The notes beneath the pieces were generated by a model. That model was not told the origin of the DNA. It saw only the letters and a program-made list of their open reading frames with translations, and made no database searches. Both the position numbers and the translations under genes were made by a program. Source: Acidimicrobiales bacterium (GTDB lineage Bacteria > Actinomycetota > Acidimicrobiia > Acidimicrobiales > Ilumatobacteraceae). From it: DNA of 64,000 bases. The stretch is from assembly GCA_040002995.1 (NCBI GenBank), contig JBDUDK010000075.1, positions 24,160 to 88,159 on the forward strand. Reading direction: 5' to 3'. This document shows, one piece after another, positions 52,100-61,858 of the stretch. Numbering within the stretch: the first letter of the stretch is position 1; each line of letters starts with the position of its first letter.

Positions 52100-52936
52100 A
52101 TGCGCACTGTGGTCTCGGCCGATGGCCTGTCGATCGCCATCCACGATCCCGTAGGCGCTGGTTCTGACATTTTGTTCGCCCACGCCACGGGGTTCCACGG
52201 GTTGGTGTGGCGCCCGCTCGCCCAGCTTCTCTCGACTGACCATCGGTGTTGGGCCTTCGACTTCAGGGGTCATGGCGAGTCGATCGCCCCCGACGACTAT
52301 TCGTTCGATTGGACGGCGTTCGGCGTCGACGTCCAATCTGTCGTCGATGAGCTCTCCCTCGTCCGACCGATCGGAATCGGCCACTCGAAGGGGGCCACGG
52401 CCCTCTTGATGGCCGAGATCGCACGGCCCGGAATGTTCCGGGGTCTCTATCTGTTTGAGCCGATCACCTTCCCGGAGGGGTTCCGCCCCGAAGGCGGGCC
52501 GAGCCCCATGGTGGCGGCGGCACGGCGCCGGCGTCCGAGCTTCCCGTCGCGCTATGAGGCCTACAAGAACTACGCCTCCAAGCCCCCGCTCTCAGTTTTC
52601 CACCCCGATGCCCTGCACGCGTACGTCGATCACGGCTTCGTCGACGGTCTCGACGGCCTCGTCCACCTGGCCTGCCGGCCCGAGCACGAGGCCCGCATCT
52701 TCGAGATGGGCGGGTCCCACCGCACCTTCGAGCGCCTCGGCGAGGTGACCTGCCCGGTCGTCGTGGGATGCGGCGCGGTGGGCGAAACCCCGGGTCCGGC
52801 GATGATCGCCCCGCTGGTCGCCGAAGCCCTCCCGGACGGCCGTCTGGAACAGTTCGACGACCTCGATCATTTCGGCCCGCTCGAGGCGCCCTCCCACTTC
52901 GCGGCACGGATCGCCGCCTTCGCGGGCTCGGTCTGA
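52100..52936 (+). CDS. Alpha/beta-fold hydrolase
   Basis: 278 aa. Nucleophile elbow GIGHSKGA and an HG-type oxyanion region (FAHATGFHG). Confidence 0.75.
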   Translation: MRTVVSADGLSIAIHDPVGAGSDILFAHATGFHGLVWRPLAQLLSTDHRCWAFDFRGHGESIAPDDYSFDWTAFGVDVQSVVDELSLVRPIGIGHSKGATALLMAEIARPGMFRGLYLFEPITFPEGFRPEGGPSPMVAAARRRRPSFPSRYEAYKNYASKPPLSVFHPDALHAYVDHGFVDGLDGLVHLACRPEHEARIFEMGGSHRTFERLGEVTCPVVVGCGAVGETPGPAMIAPLVAEALPDGRLEQFDDLDHFGPLEAPSHFAARIAAFAGSV

Positions 52937-52955
52937 GCGCCTATGCGGCTTCTCT

Positions 52956-53816
52956 GTGACACCCCCGGCGTACCATCGGCTCATGGCATTGGAGGTCCCT
53001 ACCAGCTTGTCGCCCAGCCGGGTTGAGGCGTTCACGAGCTGCCCCCAAGCCTTCCGTTTCGCGTCCATCGACAAGGTTCCGGAACCCCCGACGATCCATA
53101 TGTCGCGCGGCACCCTCGTACACAAGGCGCTCGAGTTGTTGCACACCGAGCCTCCCGCGCGGCGCACCGTCGAGGTCGCTCTCACCGCGCTCGATCGCGC
53201 CTACACCGAGCTTGCTCCCACCGCCGATTTCGCCGATCTGTACCTCAGCGACGATCAGCAACACATCCTCCTCGACGAGGCCGCGGTTCTCGTGCGGCGT
53301 TCCTTCGAGCTCGAAGATCCTCGCCTCGTGAGGTCCATCGGTCTCGAGCTCAAGCTCGAAGCGCGGGTCGGCTCGCTCACGTTGCGGGGCATCATCGACC
53401 GGCTCGATCTCGACGACAACGGCGACCTGGTCGTCACCGATTACAAGACCGGGCGTCCTCCGAGCGTGAAGTACGAACAGAGCCGCCTCAACGGTGTGCA
53501 GTTCTACGCGTTCTTGTGCGAGCAGAACTTCGGCCGTCGCCCGGCCCGCGTTCAACTGCTCTATCTGAGCGAACCACTGGCCATCCTCACGGCGCCGTCC
53601 GCGCAACAGGTCCGGTTCTTGCCCAAACGTGTCAACGCGGTGTGGCAGGCCGTCGAGAGGGCATGCGAGCGCGACGACTTCCGTCCTCGGCCGGGTCCGT
53701 TGTGCGAGAGCTGCTTCTACCGGGCGTGGTGCCCCGCCTTCGGGGGCGATCCGGCGCTCGCCGCCATCGAGGCGCCGCTCGTGCTGGCGGCGCGGGCCCC
53801 GACTGCCGCCGCGTGA
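52956..53816 (+). CDS. PD-(D/E)XK nuclease, RecB/Cas4-like with four-Cys cluster
   Basis: IIDRLDLDDNGDLVVTDYKTGRPP (D...D/E-x-K core). Cys in FTSCPQAF plus CESCFYRAWC at the C-terminus. An alternative start lies at 52983. Confidence 0.75.
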   Translation: MTPPAYHRLMALEVPTSLSPSRVEAFTSCPQAFRFASIDKVPEPPTIHMSRGTLVHKALELLHTEPPARRTVEVALTALDRAYTELAPTADFADLYLSDDQQHILLDEAAVLVRRSFELEDPRLVRSIGLELKLEARVGSLTLRGIIDRLDLDDNGDLVVTDYKTGRPPSVKYEQSRLNGVQFYAFLCEQNFGRRPARVQLLYLSEPLAILTAPSAQQVRFLPKRVNAVWQAVERACERDDFRPRPGPLCESCFYRAWCPAFGGDPALAAIEAPLVLAARAPTAAA

Positions 53817-54409
53817 CAGTCCCAACGGCTCCCAGCGAAGCCACTCCGACGGCAGCCGTCGTCGACGCGGCTCCGTTCGGCCGCACGGTGGCCCGTTTCG
53901 ACGACGCGATCGATCTCGCCTTTACCCGGTGGCGCGGCCATCCCCTCGCAGACGGGGTGTTCCACCTCGCCTCACAACTCGGCGACTGGAGCGTGCTCTG
54001 GCACATCATCGGCGGCGTCCGCGGCGTCGCCCGCTCCGACCTCCAGGACGAAGCCGTCCGCCTCTCCACAGTGCTCGGCGTCGAGTCTCTGCTCGTCAAC
54101 CAGATCGTGAAGCGGGTGTTCCTCCGGCGCCGTCCGATCAGTGAGCTCAAGGTGCCGGTCCGGGTTCGCCGCCCGGTCACGAGCAGCTTCCCGAGCGGCC
54201 ACGCGAGCTCAGCGTTCTGCGCCGCCGTGCTGTTGAGCACCGGGCATCGGCGCAGCGCGCCCCTCTGGTTCGCGCTCGCCAGCATCGTCGCGGCCAGCCG
54301 CATTCACGTGAAGTTGCACCACGCGTCCGATGTCGTGGCCGGGGCCCTGCTCGGCACCCTTATCGGTTCGGTCGCCCGATCGTTGTGGCCGCTCGACCAA
54401 AAGCGATGA
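53813..54409 (+). CDS. PAP2-family phosphatase
   Basis: KRVFLRRRP ... PSGH ... SRIHVKLHHASD is the tripartite PAP2 motif. The GTG at 53813 overlaps the upstream stop (GTGA). Confidence 0.8.
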   Translation: MTVPTAPSEATPTAAVVDAAPFGRTVARFDDAIDLAFTRWRGHPLADGVFHLASQLGDWSVLWHIIGGVRGVARSDLQDEAVRLSTVLGVESLLVNQIVKRVFLRRRPISELKVPVRVRRPVTSSFPSGHASSAFCAAVLLSTGHRRSAPLWFALASIVAASRIHVKLHHASDVVAGALLGTLIGSVARSLWPLDQKR

Positions 54410-54416
54410 TGGGGCC

Positions 54417-55010
54417 ATGAGCGTCCGGTTTGCCATCACCTACGACTACCGCTGCCCGTTCGCACGAAACGCCCACGAGCACGTCATCGCCGCCCTCGAC
54501 GCCGGCGCCGACTGGGACGTGACGTTTGTGCCGTTCTCACTGGGGCAGGCGAAAGAGCCCGACGAGCTGCGCTGGCTTTCTCCCGACGACGACACTGGTC
54601 TCCTCGCGCTGCAGGTCGGAGTCGTCGTGCGCGACAAGTACCCGGAGAGCTTCCATCGCGTTCATCTCGGGCTGTTCGCCGCCCGTCACGACCACGGACT
54701 GGCGATACGCGAGCGACCCGTTCTCGAGGACGTGCTCACGGCCAACGGCCTCGACGTCGATGAGATCGCCGCCCTCGTGGCCACCGGCGCTGCCCTCGAC
54801 ACTGTGCGGGCCGAACACCAGGCCGCGGTGGAGCTGCACCACGTCTGGGGAGTACCCACGTTCATTATCGGAGACCGAGCGGTGTTCGTGCGCCTCATGC
54901 ATCGCCCCGACGGCGACGCCGCCCTCGCCACGGCCACGATCGAACGCGTCCTCGGGCTGCTCGACTGGCCCGAACTGAACGAGTTCAAGCACACGACCGT
55001 CCCCCGGTAG
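54417..55010 (+). CDS. DsbA-family thioredoxin-fold protein
   Basis: Trimmed to MSVRFAITYDYRCPFARN.... The single CPF active-site-like motif and ...HHVWGVPTFI are typical of the family. Confidence 0.65.
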   Translation: MSVRFAITYDYRCPFARNAHEHVIAALDAGADWDVTFVPFSLGQAKEPDELRWLSPDDDTGLLALQVGVVVRDKYPESFHRVHLGLFAARHDHGLAIRERPVLEDVLTANGLDVDEIAALVATGAALDTVRAEHQAAVELHHVWGVPTFIIGDRAVFVRLMHRPDGDAALATATIERVLGLLDWPELNEFKHTTVPR

Positions 55011-55061
55011 CAGTCCCGGCGCCGTCGACCTAGGTTGTCGGCCGTGCCCGACGATCGCCGA

Positions 55062-56429
55062 ATGTCCCCTGCCGAGGCTTTGATGTGGCGGCTCGAACGA
55101 GACCCCGCGCTCTCCTCGACGTTCGCCAGCGTCACCGTTCTCGAGAGCGCGATCGACTTCGACACGTTCTGCCGCCGGATCGAACGGGCGACCTATCTCG
55201 TGCCCCGCCTACGCCACCGCGTGCAAGACGTACCGGCCAACCTAGCGCCGCCCGCATGGGTCGATGACCCCGACTTCGCCATCGAGCGTCACGTCACGCG
55301 GGCCACGATCGCGCCACCCGGTGACACGCGCGCGCTGCTGGATCTGGCCACCGAGGTCGCGGCTACGCCGTTCGATCGACGTCATCCGTTGTGGGAGTTC
55401 ATCGTCATCGACGACCTGGCCGATGGGCGGGGCGCGATCATCCAAAAGCAACACCACACGATCGCCGACGGTGAAGCGAGCGTGAAGTTGTCGCGCCTGT
55501 TCGTCGACTTCGAACGCGACGCGCCGGAGCCACCACCGCTTACCGCCGAAGAACTCGCGGACGCGGTCACGCCTAAACCCGCGCAGTCGACACCCGCCGA
55601 CCAAGTACGCGGACTCGTCGAGGAGGGGTTCCGCCGCTCGAGGGCGGCGTTCGGTCAAGCGAGCGAAATGCTACGCGACCCCACCCACCTGCCCAAGATG
55701 GCGACGGCGGCTGTGTCGACAGTGCGCTCGCTGGCCAAGCAGTTGACCGATGTCGAAAAGGCGCGCTCACCGGTTTGGACGGCGCGGTCGCTGAACCGGC
55801 GTTTCGAGACGCTGCGAGCGCCACTCGATCCGGTGCGGCGCGTCGCCAAGTCGCTCGGGGGCACCCTCAACACCGCGTTCCTGACGGGCGCGACCGCGGC
55901 GGCGGGTGCCTACCACCGTCAGGTCGGCACGCCGGTCGACGAGCTACGCGCATCGATGGCGATCAGTACACGCACCAAAGACTCGGGCGCCAACGCGTTC
56001 ACCCTGGCGCGCTTCCTCGTGCCGACGGGCGAGATGGACATGGCCAAACGTTTCCAAGCCGTCCGGGAGGTCACCGAAGCCCTGCGCTCGTCGTCGGGCG
56101 GCGCGTCACTCAACTCGATGGCCCAGATGGCGGCGATGCTGCCCACCGCGATCGTCGGCACCCTCGCCCGCCAGCAGACCCAGGCGGTGGACTTCGCCAC
56201 ATCAAACGTTCGGGCCGCCCACTTCCCGCTCTACATCGGTGGCGCCCGCATCATCGCGACTCACCCGCTCGGGCCGCTCGGCGGTGTGGCCTTCAATCTG
56301 ACACTGCTGTCCTACGACGGCAGCCTCGACATGGGCGTGAACATCGATACGGACGCGGTGGCCGAACCGGAATTGCTGCGTATCTGTCTCGAAGAGAGTT
56401 TCGCCGAGCTCGTCGCGCTCGACCAGTAA
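55062..56429 (+). CDS. Wax ester synthase / diacylglycerol acyltransferase (WS/DGAT)
   Basis: Catalytic HHTIADGEAS (HHxxxDG). The N-terminal MSPAEALMW and C-terminal ...NLTLLSYDGSLDMGV are typical. A TTG alternative start lies at 55035. Confidence 0.85.
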   Translation: MSPAEALMWRLERDPALSSTFASVTVLESAIDFDTFCRRIERATYLVPRLRHRVQDVPANLAPPAWVDDPDFAIERHVTRATIAPPGDTRALLDLATEVAATPFDRRHPLWEFIVIDDLADGRGAIIQKQHHTIADGEASVKLSRLFVDFERDAPEPPPLTAEELADAVTPKPAQSTPADQVRGLVEEGFRRSRAAFGQASEMLRDPTHLPKMATAAVSTVRSLAKQLTDVEKARSPVWTARSLNRRFETLRAPLDPVRRVAKSLGGTLNTAFLTGATAAAGAYHRQVGTPVDELRASMAISTRTKDSGANAFTLARFLVPTGEMDMAKRFQAVREVTEALRSSSGGASLNSMAQMAAMLPTAIVGTLARQQTQAVDFATSNVRAAHFPLYIGGARIIATHPLGPLGGVAFNLTLLSYDGSLDMGVNIDTDAVAEPELLRICLEESFAELVALDQ

Positions 56430-56444
56430 GCGCCTGGCGCGGTG

Positions 56445-56603
56445 TCAGCCGCCGGTGGGGGCGGTGAGGAGCGTGCGGACGTCGAGTAGAAGGTCGGCGA
56501 CCTCGTCGGTGGAGACGAGTTCGCGGTGCAGCATTTCGAGGAGACCCTTGTCGATGATCGCGAGCGCTTCAGCGATTACGTCCTGCTCGTGCGTTGCTGT
56601 CAT
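56445..56603 (-). CDS. Small acidic hypothetical protein (52 aa)
   Basis: The ATG at 56603 is preceded by a strong SD (GGAGGAG). MTATHEQDVIAEALAIIDKGLLEMLHRELVSTDEVADLLLDVRTLLTAPTGG. Confidence 0.45.
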   Translation of the reverse strand: MTATHEQDVIAEALAIIDKGLLEMLHRELVSTDEVADLLLDVRTLLTAPTGG

Positions 56604-56715
56604 CGCTCCTCCTCGTCCGCCTGTGAACTGCAGGGTAGCGAACACTGACCATGGTTTGTCAGCCAATGGTGCGAACGACCTGTGACAAGTTTGTTTCTGG
56701 AGGGGGGACCAGTCC

Positions 56716-57510
56716 CTAGGGATGACGGGCCACCACTGCTTTTAACAGTCGGTTGAGCAAACCAGAGGCGGTCTTGGCGTCGACGTTGTCGAACTGCAAC
56801 AACACGACAAAGTCGCCGAATCGCGCGTATGCGAGCCCCGACTCGTACGACGCGCCCCCGAGTATCACGGTCCGTGTCGCTGCCGTCACCTCCGGATGGG
56901 AGTTGGCTACCGACAACTTCACGCGCGTGTAAGAGACCGTTCCGGTCGACGGCCCCACCGCGATCGGCGCGTTCCGCGCGCACGCCCCGAAGGCCTCTGT
57001 GACCGCTGCCATCAGCTGCTCAGCGACGCCGGAGGGGTAGGCGGACACGATCTCGATGCCGTTGCCGGACGCCGTAAATATGTCGGCGCCAACCGTGGCC
57101 GTGGCCGCGTACTCCGTGGCCGGGTCATGGCCACCGCACAGCTCGACACGGGGAACTGACGCGTTGTCAGGCTGCGCGGTGAGATGAATGCCAGAGCGCG
57201 GGAGGTCGGCATCGGTGACGAGGAACGCCCGCAGCGCCTCACCGAGGGCAAGCGCAGGGTCGGTACTGGCCGCGGGCGGAACGGGCGTGGTCGCAGTCGC
57301 GGTCGTGCCGGTAGGGGCGGGCAACGAGCCTGAGGGCAACACGATCGAAGCAGGCGTGCCACGGACGGTCGCATGCGTGGTGGCCGGCGCGGTGAGCACG
57401 GGTCCGATGGTGCGCGGGGCAAAGCCGTTGTACTGCCCGGACCCGCATCCCGCGGCGAGCACGGCCACTAGCACGGCGGTCGGTCTCCACACAGCCACCA
57501 TGAATACCAT
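56716..57510 (-). CDS. Lipoprotein, function unknown
   Basis: MVFMVAVWRPTAVLVAVLAAGCGSGQ has a lipobox, followed by a Pro/Thr/Ala-rich linker. Candidate starts are at 57501, 57510 and 57519. Confidence 0.55.
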   Translation of the reverse strand: MVFMVAVWRPTAVLVAVLAAGCGSGQYNGFAPRTIGPVLTAPATTHATVRGTPASIVLPSGSLPAPTGTTATATTPVPPAASTDPALALGEALRAFLVTDADLPRSGIHLTAQPDNASVPRVELCGGHDPATEYAATATVGADIFTASGNGIEIVSAYPSGVAEQLMAAVTEAFGACARNAPIAVGPSTGTVSYTRVKLSVANSHPEVTAATRTVILGGASYESGLAYARFGDFVVLLQFDNVDAKTASGLLNRLLKAVVARHP

Positions 57511-57517
57511 CGGTCTC

Positions 57518-58315
57518 ATGGAGATCGAGGGCAGGGCGGTGGTCGTAACGGGCGGGGCGAGTGGCATCGGGCGGGCCTTAACCCGCCGCTTTCACGCCGA
57601 CGGGGCCCGCGGCATCGTGGTCGCCGACCGCGACCGCGACGGAGCGGTGGCCCTCGCGGCCGAACTCGACGCCAGCCGGCCGGGCTCCGCGCTCGCCGTG
57701 GCCTGCGACGTCGGCGTCGACGCCGAGGTCGGCGCCCTGGTGCGCAGCGCGGAGGAGGCGTTCGGGGCCATCGACCTGTTCTGTGCCAACGCCGGTATCG
57801 GCCTGGGCACCGGTCCGGAAACACCCGACGAGGACTGGGATCTCATCTGGCGCGTGAACGTGATGGCCCACGTGTTTGCGGCCCGGCACCTCTTACCTGG
57901 TTGGTTGGCTCGGGGCGAGGGTTACTTCCTCGCCACCGCCTCGGCCGCCGGCCTGCTGTCTCAGATCGGGTCGGCGCCGTATGCCGTCACCAAGCACGGT
58001 GCCGTCGCGTTCGCCGAGTGGCTGTCGATCACGTACGGCGACCGGGGCGTTCGGGTCTCGTGCCTGTGCCCCCAGGGAGTGAACACAAATATGTTGAACG
58101 GTGGCGTCGAGTCGACCGCCGGCGATGTCGTGAAGCTGGCCGGGGTCGTCATGGAGCCCGAAGAGGTCGCGAGTGTGGTCGTCGAGACGATCCGCGCCGA
58201 GCGGTTCCTCGCCCTCCCCCACCCAGAAGTGCTCACGTATCTGCAGCGCAAGACCGCCAACTACGACCGTTGGCTCTCGGGCATGCGGCGCCTGCAAGCG
58301 CGCGTGATTCCTTGA
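57518..58315 (+). CDS. Short-chain dehydrogenase/reductase (SDR)
   Basis: Trimmed to MEIEGRAVVVTGGASGIGRAL.... Y-x3-K in YAVTKHG. Confidence 0.85.
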   Translation: MEIEGRAVVVTGGASGIGRALTRRFHADGARGIVVADRDRDGAVALAAELDASRPGSALAVACDVGVDAEVGALVRSAEEAFGAIDLFCANAGIGLGTGPETPDEDWDLIWRVNVMAHVFAARHLLPGWLARGEGYFLATASAAGLLSQIGSAPYAVTKHGAVAFAEWLSITYGDRGVRVSCLCPQGVNTNMLNGGVESTAGDVVKLAGVVMEPEEVASVVVETIRAERFLALPHPEVLTYLQRKTANYDRWLSGMRRLQARVIP

Positions 58316-58581
58316 CGCTCGACGAGCTCAACCTCCGTCCCGGTGACCGTGTCCGATTCCGGCGCACGTCCGGAGCTACGTGGCACGAGGCCAAGGTGGT
58401 CGGCGTCGAGCGCGACGGGAGCGTCGCCTTGCGCGATGCCAAGGGGGCCGCACGGTCGATCGCCCCGCACCGCCTCGAGGTACAGGTGCGGACGCGCCGG
58501 GGAGCGCTGGTCTGGGAGCCCGTGCTCGAACACGCCCGGCGCACGACCCAACTCAGGCTGTTCCGCGCCCTTGGTGGCTAG
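58312..58581 (+). CDS. Small conserved-looking hypothetical protein (89 aa)
   Basis: The TTG at 58312 overlaps the SDR stop (TTGA). LTLDELNLRPGDRVRFRRTSGATWHEAKVVGVERDGSVALRD. Confidence 0.45.
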   Translation: MTLDELNLRPGDRVRFRRTSGATWHEAKVVGVERDGSVALRDAKGAARSIAPHRLEVQVRTRRGALVWEPVLEHARRTTQLRLFRALGG

Positions 58582-58600
58582 CCGCCTAGCGTGAGGCCGC

Positions 58601-60628
58601 ATGCATCCCGACGACATCGCCCAACTGGTAACCGTCGGGTCGCCCGCGGTGTCACCCGACGGGGCCACCGTGGCCTTCGTGGTCACCACGCTCGACCTCG
58701 AGCGCAACGACTACCGCAGCGCGATCTGGATGGCTCCCGCCGACGGATCCGCGCGCCCGACGCGGTTCACCGCCGGCGAACAGCGCGACGAGAACCCCTG
58801 CTGGGCCCCCGACGGCCATCGCCTCGCCTTTACATCGAAGCGAGAAGCCGGAAACGACAAGCACTCCACACTGCACCTCGCCCCGGTCGCGGTCGGCGGG
58901 GAAGTGGTGACGCTCACGACTCGCAACGAGGGCATCGGTGCCCTGTCGTGGTCACCCGATGGCAATTACCTCGCGTTCGCGTCGCGTGTACGCGATGAGC
59001 GCTACGAGAGCGATGATCCGAAGCGTCAACCGCCGAGGCGGATTGAGCGGTTGCGGTCAAAGCTCAACGCGGAGGGGTTCATCAGCGATCGCCCCCGTCA
59101 CATATTCGTCGTGGCGGCCGACGGGCTCGCTTCACCAGTCCAACTGACCGACGGCCCGTTCGAGCACGACTCACCCAGTTGGTCGCCCGACAGTACGCAG
59201 ATCGTCTTCTCCGGCGCCCGTCACGAGAACTTCGACCTCGAGCCGGCCGACGATCTCTTCGTCGTCGACCGTCGTGGAGGTGAGCTCCGCCGGGTCACCG
59301 ATACAACGCTCAGCTTCACGCACCCCTCATGGTCGCCGCAGGGCACATCGATCGCGACGCTGGTCGGTCCGGCGCGCTCGTACCCGCGCAACCATCAAGT
59401 CGAAGTCGTCGACCTCGCGAGCGGTGAACGGCGCCTGCTCACCGAAAAGCTCGAGCGCACGTGTGCGCCCTACCCCGGAGTGCGTTCTCCGGTCTGGGAC
59501 GGCAACGCGATCGTTTTCTCCGTTGAGGACCGTGGCAACGTCCACGTCTACCGCGTGGGTGCCGACGGCTCCGCGCCGCCGGAGCTTGTCGTCGGCGGCG
59601 AACGCCAAGTCACCGGTTACGACGTGCGCGCCGGCACGCTCGCATTCACGGCCACGACCCCGACGACGCTGGCCGAGCTGTTCGTCGCCAACGGTGAGGA
59701 ACGCCGCCTCACCCGGCTCACCGACGCGTTCCACGAGCGGGTCTCGAGCCTGCCGACCGAGCGCTTCGTCGCACCTACCGACGACGGTGAAGAGGTCGAC
59801 GCATGGATCGTGCGGCCTGCGGACTTCGACGCGTCGGCCCGCTATCCCCTGCTGCTCACGATCCACGGAGGGCCGTGGACCCAGTTCGGCAACAAATGGT
59901 TCGACGAAGTACAGCTGTACGCGTCGGCGGGCTACGTCGTGGTCTACGCGAACCCGCGAGGTTCGTCGGGTCGCCACGACGCGTGGGGTCGGGCGATCAG
60001 AGGACCGGTCACCGACGATGACCCCGGCACCGGTTGGGGCGGCGTCGACTACACCGACCTGCTCGCGGTCGTCGATACCGCGATCGCCCGCTATCCGTTT
60101 GTCGATCCCGATCGCCTTGGCGTATTGGGCGGTAGCTACGGCGGCTACATGACGTCGTGGATGATCGGCCACGATCACCGCTTCAAGGCCGCGCTTTCGG
60201 AGCGCGCCGTCAACAATCTGCTCTCGCTGGAGTGGACTTCCGACATTGCCGGTTTCTTCCGTTTCGAGTTCGGCACCGATCAGCTGGAACATCCCGAGGA
60301 GTACATCCGCATGTCGCCCATCACCTATGCGCGCGACATCGCGACGCCCGTGCTGATCGTGCACTCCGAGGACGACCTTCGCTGCCCCATCGAACAGGGC
60401 GAGCAGCTGTTCATCGCGTTGCGGATGATGGGCAAGCCCGTCGAGTTCGTACGCTTCCCGGGCGAGAACCACGAGCTGTCGCGGTCGGGCTCGCCGATCC
60501 ACCGGATCCAGCGCGCCAACATCGTCCTCGAGTGGTTCGACCGCCACCTCAAACCCGCCGCGCCCTCTGCGCACCAACCCTCGAAACGTGCCTCCAAGGG
60601 AACGAAACCTCGAAAGGTCGCGCCCTAG
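58601..60628 (+). CDS. S9-family serine peptidase (prolyl oligopeptidase / acylaminoacyl-peptidase type)
   Basis: 675 aa. An N-terminal beta-propeller-like region (WSPDG repeated) precedes the nucleophile GGSYGGYM. The Asp/His region is HSEDDLRCP...GENHELS. Confidence 0.85.
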   Translation: MHPDDIAQLVTVGSPAVSPDGATVAFVVTTLDLERNDYRSAIWMAPADGSARPTRFTAGEQRDENPCWAPDGHRLAFTSKREAGNDKHSTLHLAPVAVGGEVVTLTTRNEGIGALSWSPDGNYLAFASRVRDERYESDDPKRQPPRRIERLRSKLNAEGFISDRPRHIFVVAADGLASPVQLTDGPFEHDSPSWSPDSTQIVFSGARHENFDLEPADDLFVVDRRGGELRRVTDTTLSFTHPSWSPQGTSIATLVGPARSYPRNHQVEVVDLASGERRLLTEKLERTCAPYPGVRSPVWDGNAIVFSVEDRGNVHVYRVGADGSAPPELVVGGERQVTGYDVRAGTLAFTATTPTTLAELFVANGEERRLTRLTDAFHERVSSLPTERFVAPTDDGEEVDAWIVRPADFDASARYPLLLTIHGGPWTQFGNKWFDEVQLYASAGYVVVYANPRGSSGRHDAWGRAIRGPVTDDDPGTGWGGVDYTDLLAVVDTAIARYPFVDPDRLGVLGGSYGGYMTSWMIGHDHRFKAALSERAVNNLLSLEWTSDIAGFFRFEFGTDQLEHPEEYIRMSPITYARDIATPVLIVHSEDDLRCPIEQGEQLFIALRMMGKPVEFVRFPGENHELSRSGSPIHRIQRANIVLEWFDRHLKPAAPSAHQPSKRASKGTKPRKVAP

Positions 60629-60745
60629 GCCAAACGTTTCGAGACTTGTACCCCTGGGAGGGAACCAAACCTCGAAACCTCGGCCCGGCGTGCCAGGGTG
60701 GCGGCGAGGTGTCAGCGCGCGCTATCGGCCGTACAGTTCTCTGCC

Positions 60746-61858
60746 ATGCGTGGCAGGTTGAAGATCGGGAAGATCGCCGGGGTTCCCGTCTCGCTGCATT
60801 GGAGCCTGATCGCGGTCGGCTCGCTCCTCGCGCTGCAACTGGCCGACGGTCTTTTACCCAACAACCACCCCGGTCACTCGGCGACCACGTATTGGGCCCT
60901 CGGGGTGGGTGCCGCGGTCGTGTTCTTTGGTGCCGTCCTGGCCCATGAGCTGGCCCACGCCGTCGTCGCCCGCCGTCGCGGCGTGGGCGTGGAAGGCATC
61001 GAGTTGTGGGCGCTCGGTGGCCTCGCCCGCCTGAGTCGCGACCCCGAATCGCCCGCCGACGAGTTCTTGATCGCCGTCGCCGGTCCCCTCGCCAGCCTCG
61101 CCGCGGCTGCTGTGTTCCTCGGCACCGCCGCGGGCATCGAGACGGCCGGGCTTCCCAAGGTCGTGGCCGCGACATTCGGGTGGCTCGGCGTCACGAACCT
61201 GATTCTCGGCGCGTTCAACCTCCTACCCGCCGCGCCCCTCGACGGCGGACGGATTCTCCGCGCCGCCGTGTGGAAGACGAGCGGCAACCGGGTGAAAGGC
61301 ATGCGCACCGCGGCCAAGGCCGGACAGGTCCTCGGGATGACCGTGCTATTCGGCGGCATGTGGCTCGTGCTGCTCGGGCGGGGCACGCTCTTCCTTCCGC
61401 TCATCGGCTGGTTCCTGCTCAACAGCGCGCGCATGGAAGAGGTCGGAGTCCGCACCGAAGCCGCCCTGCTCGGTAAGCAGGTGCGCGACGCCACATGGTT
61501 CGGCGTGGCCCGTGCCACCGATGCCACCGACGTCGCCACCATGCTCTGGCAATCGAGTCGCATGGGCCCCACGCGGCTGGTGGCCGTTGAGCGCTTCGAT
61601 GGATCACTCACTGGTCTCGTCAGCGAAGACCAACTGTGGCGGATCCCCGAAGAAGATCGCTCCGGTGTTCGGCTGGCGCAGATCGCGGTCCCGATGGAGA
61701 AGCTCGCTCACGCGGGGCCCGATGAGCTCCTCATGGACGCGGCGCGCCGGATGAATCCGTTGGCCCCCGTGCTCACGGTGTGGGATGCGGGCCGCTTGGT
61801 GGGCGTGGTCACCGCCGAGCAGTTCCGCCGGCTCATCGAGGGGACGAAGCCGATCTGA
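60746..61858 (+). CDS. Site-2 protease (M50) family metalloprotease with C-terminal CBS pair
   Basis: HELAHAVVA (HExxH) and NLLPAAPLDGGR. The C-terminal ~120 aa are CBS-like. Confidence 0.8.
   Translation: MRGRLKIGKIAGVPVSLHWSLIAVGSLLALQLADGLLPNNHPGHSATTYWALGVGAAVVFFGAVLAHELAHAVVARRRGVGVEGIELWALGGLARLSRDPESPADEFLIAVAGPLASLAAAAVFLGTAAGIETAGLPKVVAATFGWLGVTNLILGAFNLLPAAPLDGGRILRAAVWKTSGNRVKGMRTAAKAGQVLGMTVLFGGMWLVLLGRGTLFLPLIGWFLLNSARMEEVGVRTEAALLGKQVRDATWFGVARATDATDVATMLWQSSRMGPTRLVAVERFDGSLTGLVSEDQLWRIPEEDRSGVRLAQIAVPMEKLAHAGPDELLMDAARRMNPLAPVLTVWDAGRLVGVVTAEQFRRLIEGTKPI

Noticed and set aside
53516-53812. N-terminal 99 codons of the 297-aa ORF that contains the PAP2 phosphatase
   Set aside because: It overlaps the RecB-like nuclease gene out of frame and is Arg-rich. 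The GTG at 53813 overlapping the nuclease stop gives a normal PAP2 protein.
57500-57519. Apparent head-to-head overlap of the lipoprotein and SDR coding starts
   Set aside because: This most likely reflects start-codon uncertainty, with several in-frame ATGs on both strands. With the starts at 57510/57501 and 57518 there is no overlap, so it was not treated as a finding.
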